DNA from: Octopus vulgaris
Lineage: Eukaryota
NCBI GenBank assembly: GCA_951406725.2
Contig: OX597822.1
Coordinates: forward strand, 91,140,001 to 91,204,000
DNA length: 64,000 bases
Direction: 5' to 3'
Shown here: in pieces, positions 38,348 to 64,000 of the stretch
Layout of the letters: each line of letters begins with the position of its first letter
Numbering within the stretch: position 1 is the first letter of the stretch
Program-made: the position numbers and the translations under genes
The notes under the pieces: model-generated
Told to the model about the DNA's origin: nothing
What the model saw: the letters and a program-made list of their open reading frames with translations, nothing else
Databases searched by the model: none

Positions 38348-41300
38348 GACACCAAATTGGTCACACTGAAGCAAGTCGGCACATTCGCGGCATTACCACA
38401 GGCGATGGCGATGCTAAATCTCTCTCTATATAAAGCTGAAGTTGTCTGTGTATGGCAGGTTTGTGTGTATGTGTGTATGTATGTATGTATGGCCGATTCA
38501 GTGTAATTTTTTTCTCGGTGTATGTGTATATGTATGTCTGCATGTATGTCTGCATGTATGTCTGCATGTATCTACACATACACCGAGTAAAAAATTTCAG
38601 TTATCTCTCTCTTTCACACATTACTCTCTCTGTCTCTTCACACACACTAACAGAAGCACTTCACTTACACAACATACTGTCTGTCTCCCACACCCCATCA
38701 AACACATGCGCGCACACACACACACACATGTACATCAATGCTTTGATAACTTCAAAAGAAATTCCCTCGTCATAAAATCGCTTCCTCTTAGTCTCTTTCG
38801 CTTTCATTACTTAAAATGTTCCCGCAAGGCCATATGTAAAAAAATAAAAGTTTTTTACGGAAATCATCGACGGAAACGTGCTACTACAAACGAAAGATCG
38901 CCAAATTTTTTCTTCTACGGAAGGAAGAGCAAGCCTTCTGCTATCATACTCTCAATTTTGGTTAATTTGCGCCGCAGGGTCTCGGAGAAGATAGTGTTAG
39001 TTGAAGGCTAACAAACCTGCCATACACAGACAACTTCAGCTTTATATAGAGAGAGATTTAGCATCGCCATCGCCTGTGGTAATGCCGCGAATGTGCCGAC
39101 TTGCTTCAATGTGACCAATTTGGTGTCGGGATCTTTTCGGTTTGAACGACAGTTTTTTCTAGTGGTGTCATATGAAATTGTCACCCATAATTATGACCCT
39201 AGTATCGATCTATTGCATTTCAATCTGTTTTAGGGTTAGGATTAGGGTTGGGGGGAAGGGTATCTTTTTTTTCACAAATGTAAATAAACCCAATCTGTTT
39301 CTTAAACAAGGGACATAATTCATATGTTTTTTTTTTACCTCGATGGACGTCATTGATTGGTTGAAATTGAAGAAAAAAAAACAATAAATATCTTGCAAAC
39401 TCTAGAATTTTCTCAATAAAGCCAAGAGAAAAAGATGTTTTATAAACACATTCTACGAGTATACGAAGTTTCAAAGTGTTTAGTTACCTAGAAATTATGT
39501 TAAAAAACTGCCGTTCAAACCGAAAAGATCCCTTCTTTGTTTCAGCATCTTTCTCATTTTTGTTCTTTCTCTTAGATCTTTATTTTTTTTCTTAACCACG
39601 CACTCACAACCCGTTATCTTTCTTCTGCTCCTCCCATTTTAGCATCGGTCACGAGGTGGCGATTATATGCATAGTTAATTGTCGATTTTGTCACGCAAAA
39701 ACTTGAGTGCTTGTTTTGCTTTTGTAGAGTTAAAACGAAAGAAATCCATAAAAGTTTACTTTCCTCTTTTAATTTAAAAGTTCATTAAATGCACCAAATC
39801 TTCAAACTCCCCGACGGTTGGGAGTTCGTCGAATTCAATTTCTAATCGTAACGAATCTATACTATCCCCGAAAAGTTCTTGATTTCGAAATATTTAAAAA
39901 AAACCTATACTATCCCCGAAAAGTTCTGTCATTTTCTCATATCTATCCTTGTCGTCCACTAATTGCCCTTTCGCGTATCGTGCATGCGCACTAAAATTGT
40001 TTCGTTTTCTGACACCGAGAGGGATTCCAAAGTGGAATTAAAGGATCACGGAAATCATAACCGCCTGCTTTATACCCTACAAATTCCAACGGTATGTAAC
40101 ATGAAATTTCTTTGATATTTTGAATGAATTCCTGTTGTATGTACATCACATACACATTGCAAGGGGATGTCAAGAGAGTTTGTTGGAGACGTGGCTGTTA
40201 TTTCGTCGTTTCATTTTGTATGAAAAAAAAAAAAAAACAACGTTTTAGAAATTTGGGCAACAGTTTCAACACTTTATTTTCACTTTTTGCCACACAGTAT
40301 ATATAATAGATGAGTTTTTACCGCGGGAAATTTCTCTGAAATTTTATCGCAAGAAACGAATCCGACCAGTTTGGGATTTTTGTTGAAACTCATCCTCACC
40401 CCTACGAATAGATTTTTCAAAAAAAAAAAAAAAAAATGCGATATAATCGGTTTCTATGAATCGTATATGAAAAAAAAAATTACAAAAACAAATGTGGGAA
40501 AAAGAGTTTGTGTGAGATTCGGCTGCTATTTCTAGCACGTGAATTGACTGCTTGCTGGCTGCTTATATAAGGTACGGGTGCGCCCAATTTTGATTTCGAA
40601 GTATTTAAAAAGTTATTTGGAAATCTTCTGCTATAGCTTCGGGCCGACCAAAGCCTTGTGAGTGGATTCGGTAGACGGAAACTGAAAGAAGCCCGTCGTA
40701 TATATGTATATATATATATATATGTGTGTGTATGTTTGTGTGCTGTGTTTGCCCCCCTCCGCCAACATCGCTTGACAACCGATGCTGGTGTGTTTACGTC
40801 CCCGTAACTTAGCGGTTCGGCAAAAGAGACTGATAAAATAAGTACTGGGCTTACAAAGAATAAGTCCTGGGATCGATATGCTCGACTAAAGGCGGTGCTC
40901 CAGCATGGCCACTGTCAAATGACTGAAACAAGTAAATAAATAAACGAACGTGCGAAATAGAGTTTGTGTGAGATTCGGCTGCTATTTCTAGCACGTGAAT
41001 AGACTGCTTATTTAACGTACGGGCGCCCCCAATTTAAAAAAACTTATTTGAAAATCAAAGAGAAACGAACGACGCAGTTTAAAACCGAAAATTAAAAAAA
41101 CAAAATTTCAAAAAACTTTATCTTCCGTGTCGCCCATCCATCCACGCCCACCCATCAACACACACTTCCAAAGTTGTACTTTTAGCATCAAAGTCAACGC
41201 ATGCGCAATGGCGAAAAGGGTTTCCAAACTTCGTGTTTATGCCGTATACAGCAAGGGGAGGGCTTGGGTAATTCTTCGTTTCTCTAACATAAATCTTTGC

Positions 41301-41609
41301 ACAAAGATGATTAGAGCGATCCCATAATTTTTTTTCATTATTTTTTTCTCGAATTCTTGTGTGGTAGGGAAAGTTGGAATAAAGTGTTCGTTTATTTATT
41401 CATATTCTTTTACTCTTTCGCTTGTTTCAGTCACTTGACTGTGGCCATGCTGGAGCACCGCCTTTAGTCGAGCAAATCGACCCCAGGACTTATTCTATCG
41501 GTCTCTTTTGCCGAACCGCTAAGTTACGGGAACGTAAACACACCAGCATCGGTTGTCAAGCGATGTTGGGGGGACAAACACAGACACACAAACACACACA
41601 CACACACAG

Positions 41610-41642
<33 letters not shown>

Positions 41643-41678
41643 GACACACAGACACACACACGCACGCGCGCACACACA

Positions 41679-41718
<40 letters not shown>

Positions 41719-41799
41719 AACACACAAGATGGGCATCTTTCAGTTTCCGTCCTCCACAGGTGACTCCTCGATTGTGATTGGCTCTTCCTGCCATCTCAA

Positions 41800-42265
41800 C
41801 TCGAACTAAACCCCACTTACTTCGTTCAAACGCAAGATCTGTGCTTTTGTATGGCTCTGAAACATGGAAAGCCACATGCAGCAACTACAAGAAGATCCAG
41901 GCCTTCATCAACAAATGTCTCCAGCAGATCCTCCATCTGAAGTGGTTCGACAGAGTGCCAAACACCGACCTGTGGGAAAGGGCCAACCAGGAACCCATAC
42001 ATATTCAGATTATACGAAGGAAATGGAGATGGATCGGACACACACTGCGGAAAGAACCCTCAAATGTGACATGACAAGCACTTGACTGGAACCCGCAGGA
42101 GAAAAGGAAGCGAGGACGCCCGAAGCAGAGATGGAAGGGGAGCATTTTGGACGAGCTGAGGACCACCGGCCTGACATAGGAAGTAGCTAAGAAACACGCC
42201 AATGACCGCAAAAAGTGGAAAACAACTGTTGAGGCCCTATGCTCCACAAGGGGCAAAAAGGATTA
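41800..42265 (+). mobile_element. RTE-clade LINE 3' fragment with (GAT)n-type tail
   Basis: [10 protein letters not shown]...RRKWRWIGHTLRK...ALDWNPQEKRKRGRPK, followed by a trinucleotide tail. Confidence 0.85.
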
Positions 42266-42267
42266 AG

Positions 42268-42498
42268 AAGATGATGATGATGATCATGATGATGACGATG
42301 ACGACTACGACGACGATGGTGATGGTGATGGTGATGATGATGATGATGATGATGATGGTGATGGTGATGATGATGATGACGGTGGTGATGGTGATGATGA
42401 TGGTGGTGATGGTGATGATGATGAAGAAGAAGAAGAAGAAGAAGAAGAAAAAGACGACGACGAATAATGATAATAATAATAATAATAATAATAATAAT
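42268..42498. repeat. Compound trinucleotide microsatellite (GAT/GGT/AAG/AAT)
   Basis: direct inspection. Confidence 0.95.
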
Positions 42499-42659
42499 GT
42501 TTTCTACTCTAGGCACAAGGCCCGAAATTTTGGAGGAGGGGGCTAGTTGATTAGACCGACCTCAGTACGCAACTGGTACTTAAATTATTGACCCCGGCCA
42601 GCAAAAAGCCTTGCATATTTGTTCTTGCCTGCTCCGTGTGTGTGTGGAAAATCCGAACA

Positions 42660-43525
42660 GAAACACACACACACAAGAACAAGCACGCACACACACACAA
42701 GAACAAGCACACACACACACACATGCATAAAACACACACACACACACGCAAGAACAAGCACGCACAACACACACTCACACACACAGGCACACAAGAACAA
42801 GCACGCACACACACTCACACACAAACAAGAACAAGCACGCACACACACACACACGCAAGAACAAGCACGCACACACACACACACACACACACAAGAACAA
42901 GCACATACACACACACACAAGAACAAGCAAGCACACACACACACACACACACAGAACAAGCACGCACACACACACACACACACAAGAACAAGCACGCACA
43001 CACACACACACGCAAGAACAAGCATGCACACACACACACACACACACACACAAGAACAAACACGCACACACACTCACACACACACACACACACAAGAACA
43101 AGCACGCACACACACACACACACACGCAAAAACAAGCACACACACACACTCACCCATACACAAGAACAAGCACGCACACTCACACACACACACAAGAACA
43201 AGCACGCACACACACACATACACTCACACACACACATACACACAAGCACGCACGCTCACACAGCCAAGAACAAGCACACACACACACACATACAACCCAT
43301 TAGCTTTCTTCTCCTCCTCCTCCTTCCATTTTTAGCATCTGTCAAACCGAAGTGAATCGTCAAGTTGTCACGAAAACAACCACTCACACTCACACACACA
43401 CACACAAGAACAAGCACGCACATACACTCACAAGAACAAGCACGCACATACACTCACAAGAACAAGCACGCACACACACTCACCCATACACAAGAACAAG
43501 CACGCACACTCACACACACACACAA
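42660..43525. repeat. Compound minisatellite [AAGAACAAGCACG(CA)n]
   Basis: many units with variable CA tracts. Confidence 0.95.
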
Positions 43526-43850
43526 GAGTGCTTGTTTTGGTTTTAACCTTATTTTCAACAAATTCCTGTTGTATCTGCATCACATACACATTGTGGGTGT
43601 GGGTCAAGAGAGTTTGTTGGAGGCGTGGCTCTTATTTCGGGACTCATATGTTTTGTAAATCCTCTTTCAAGTTTTCATTTTGTAGAAAACAAAATACACT
43701 TTAGAAGTTAGGGGAACACTTTACTCTCTTTTGCTCTTTTATTTGTTTCAGTCATTTGACTGTGGCCATGCTGGAGCACCGCCTTTAGTCGAGCAAATCA
43801 ACCCTAGGACTTATTCTTTTGTAAGTCCAGTACTTATTCTATCAGTCTCT

Positions 43851-44234
43851 TTTGCTGCGTCTAAAACTGAGACAACATCCTGTCACTAACCCTCAACCTA
43901 ACCCTAACCCTAAATTTTTTTTTCTTAATTGTTAAATTAATTTAATTGTTACGCGTGTAAATAAAACCGAAAGCAATGGAAAATAATTCAAACAATTAAC
44001 AAACAAAATAATTCTATAATTTTATACACGCGCTTTCCGTACACGTACAGAAAGCGTGCGTATAAAATTATAGAATTATTTTGTTTGTTAATTGTTTGAA
44101 TTATTTTCCATTGCTTTCGGTTTTATTTACACGCGTAACAATTAAATTAATTTAACAATTAAGAAAAAAATTTAGGGTTAGGGTTAGGTTGAGGGTTAGT
44201 GACAGGATGTTGTCTCAGTTTTAGACACAGCAAA
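43851..44234. repeat. Near-perfect ~384-bp palindrome with TTAGGG motifs in the arms
   Basis: ~190-bp arms, centre near 44043 with a loop of about 2 nt. Confidence 0.92.
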
Positions 44235-45747
44235 TGATTTTAGCTCACTATGTATGTATGTATGTATGTATGTATGTATGTATATATGTATGTATGTATG
44301 TATATATGTATGTGTGTATTGGTTAAAATTCGAAAAATTAAACTACGTTAAACAAACAAATTACAATTTTATCAAGAAAGCCAAGAGAAAAAAATGTTTT
44401 ATTTTGACACATTCTACCAGTATACAAAGTTTTAAAGTGTTTAGTTAACTAGAAATTGTCTGCCGTTCAAAAGGAAAAGATCCCATACAATGATATGTTT
44501 CTTGTTACTCTCTTTTACTCTTTTACTTATTTCAGTCATTTGACTGCGGCCATACTGGAGCACCGCCTTTAGTCAAGCAAATCGACCCCGGGACTTATTC
44601 GTTGTAAGCCCAGTACTTATTCCATCGGTCTCTTTTTGCCGAACCGCTAAGTGATGGGGATGTAAACACACCAGCATCGGTTGTCAAGCAATGCTAGGGG
44701 GACAAACACAGACACACAAACACATGCGCACACACATATATATATATATATACATACATATATACGACAGGCTTCTTTCAGTTTCCATCTACCAAATCCA
44801 CTCACAAGGCATTGGTTGGCCCAGGGCTATAGCAGAAGACACTTGCCCAAGGTGTCATGCAGTGGGACTGAACCCAGGACCATGTGGTTGGTTAGCAAGC
44901 TATGTACCACGCAGCCACTCCTGCGCCTGTTAATTTGCATATTTTACAATTGTTTTTTTTCAGGGTTAGGGTTAGGTTGAGGGTTAGTGACAGGATGTTG
45001 TCTCAGTTTTAGACACAGCAAATGATTTTAGCTCACTATGTATGTATGTATGTATGTATGTATGTATGTATATATGTATGTATGTATGTATATATGTATG
45101 TGTGTATTGGTTAAAATTCGAAAAATTAAACTACGTTAAACAAACAAATTACAATTTTATCAAGAAAGCCAAGAGAAAAAAATGTTTTATTTTGACACAT
45201 TCTACCAGTATACAAAGTTTTAAAGTGTTTAGTTAACTAGAAATTGTCTGCCGTTCAAAAGGAAAAGATCCCATACAATGATATGTTTCTTGTTACTCTC
45301 TTTTACTCTTTTACTTATTTCAGTCATTTGACTGCGGCCATACTGGAGCACCGCCTTTAGTCAAGCAAATCGACCCCGGGACTTATTCGTTGTAAGCCCA
45401 GTACTTATTCCATCGGTCTCTTTTTGCCGAACCGCTAAGTGATGGGGATGTAAACACACCAGCATCGGTTGTCAAGCAATGCTAGGGGGACAAACACAGA
45501 CACACAAACACATGCGCACACACATATATATATATATATACATACATATATACGACAGGCTTCTTTCAGTTTCCATCTACCAAATCCACTCACAAGGCAT
45601 TGGTTGGCCCAGGGCTATAGCAGAAGACACTTGCCCAAGGTGTCATGCAGTGGGACTGAACCCAGGACCATGTGGTTGGTTAGCAAGCTATGTACCACGC
45701 AGCCACTCCTGCGCCTGTTAATTTGCATATTTTACAATTGTTTTTTT
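44174..45747 (+). repeat. 788-bp tandem duplication (44174-44959 / 44962-45747)
   Basis: identical ORFs offset by 788 nt (44254/45042, 44691/45479). Confidence 0.93.
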
Positions 45748-45789
45748 GTTTTTTTTTTAAATTAGGGTTCTTCGATCGATGGTGAAGAC

Positions 45790-62911
<17,122 letters not shown>

Positions 62912-62969
62912 GTAAGTCCTTTTTTTTTCTCTCCCTATTTTGCTCTTTATATGTGTGTGTATATATATA

Positions 62970-63284
62970 TATCACCGTGATCACCGTGACCGACCAGGCT
63001 ATCAGATGTTGCTACACATCGCTGGTCACAATGCGCCTCACATTGTTTTAGCCTTTAAATGACGCCACCCCGCTGGCTAAGCGAGCAGGCCAACAGAAGA
63101 AAGAGTGAGAGAAAGTTGTGGCGAAAGAATACAGCAGGGATCGCCACCATCCCCTGCCGGAGCCTCGTGGAGCTTTTAGGTGTTTTCACTCAATAAACAC
63201 TCACAACGCCCGGTCTGGGAATCGAAACTGCGATCCTACGACCGCAAGTCCGCTGCCCTAACCACTGGGCCATTGCGCCTCCAC

Positions 63285-63337
<53 letters not shown>

Positions 63338-63670
63338 TATAAATGATATGAGCAATTTATTTATGTATGCGCCCTTTTCAAGCCTAGCCGGGCTCATGGG
63401 CCTGGTTTCCTGGTTTCTGTGGCGTATGTGTTCTCCCCAGCTGGACAGGATGCCAGTCCATCGCAGCATTACCCAAGAAAAAGGAAGAAACAGTGAGAGA
63501 AAGTTGGGGTGAAAGAGTACAACAGGGGTTGCCACTACCCCCTGCCAGAGCCTCGTGGAGCTTTAGGTGTTTTCACTCAATAAACACATACAACGCCTGG
63601 TCTGGGAATCGAAACCACGATTCTCTGACAGCGAGTCCGCTGCCCTAACCACTGGGCCATTGCTCCTCCA
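62970..63670 (-). mobile_element. tRNA-derived SINE family D, two tandem copies. Related copies at about 11160-11460, 52700-53070, 54413-54645, 60562-60860
   Basis: minus-strand head ggaggcgcaatggcccagtggttagggc...gtttcgattccc; copies mutually similar. Confidence 0.8.
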
Positions 63671-63806
63671 CGATATGAGAAATAGTAAGATGAAATTATT
63701 TGAACCATTGGAAAATTCAAATATCATAACAAATTGTTTTGTAACTTAAAGCATACAAAGATTATCTATTTTATTATGTTTAATAATATTCAACAAAGAT
63801 TTTTCA

Positions 63807-63951
63807 CTCACCTGATGAGGTAGCCTAACTTCTGCATAGATTTAAAAGATTATTTGAATTAATGCAGACATGTAACTAATTTATTATTCAATATGATAAA
63901 ATGAAATAAAATATCTTTGCATTCTTTAAGTTACGAAACAATTGGTTGTGA
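63807..63951 (+). ncRNA. Hammerhead-like motif with ~115-nt stem II insertion
   Basis: tcac-CTGATGA-g-gtagcctaa...ttaagttac-GAAAC-aattg-GTT-gtga. Stem I is tcac/gtga, and an inverted partial copy lies at ~63695-63762. Confidence 0.5.
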
Positions 63952-64000
63952 TATTTCCAATGGTCAAATAAATTTCATCATATCATTTATAACTTTATAC

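Noticed and set aside
42660-43525. Repeat-spacer pattern resembling a CRISPR array
   Set aside because: The spacers are just variable (CA)n tracts; eukaryotic context with no cas genes.
42551-43658. Long His/Thr- or Cys/Val-rich ORFs (up to 255 aa)
   Set aside because: Translations of the (CA)n-AAGAACAAG minisatellite; open in many frames on both strands.

Overview
AT-rich, repeat-dense animal genomic DNA. The SINE, MITE, Helitron and microsatellite content suggests a cephalopod (Octopus-like), which is an inference. Two divergently oriented multi-exon genes are reconstructed from GT-AG exons with consistent phases. The first is a complete 12-exon gamma-tubulin on the minus strand (30768->2609, 452 aa). 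The second is the first 10 coding exons of an SLC23/NAT (NCS2) transporter on the plus strand (45790->62911, runs off the window); its motif SYSENIG points to nucleobases rather than ascorbate, and it has QQ instead of the conserved TM1 QH. Introns and the intergenic region hold tRNA-derived SINEs, RTE/CR1 LINE relics, a gypsy LTR relic, Tc1/mariner relics, Helitrons, piggyBac-type and foldback MITEs, and Penelope relics. The most interesting non-coding signal is five minimal type-I hammerhead ribozyme motifs (CTGANGA-stem II-GAAAC-short, mostly palindromic loop-GTH) plus several degenerate ones. Several have unusually long, structured stem II insertions. They lie in small ORF-less elements, mostly beside (TA)n tracts, and three are in the sense orientation of host introns. 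The intergenic region also has many large inverted repeats and local duplications. Most ORFs in the supplied track are microsatellite or SINE artefacts.
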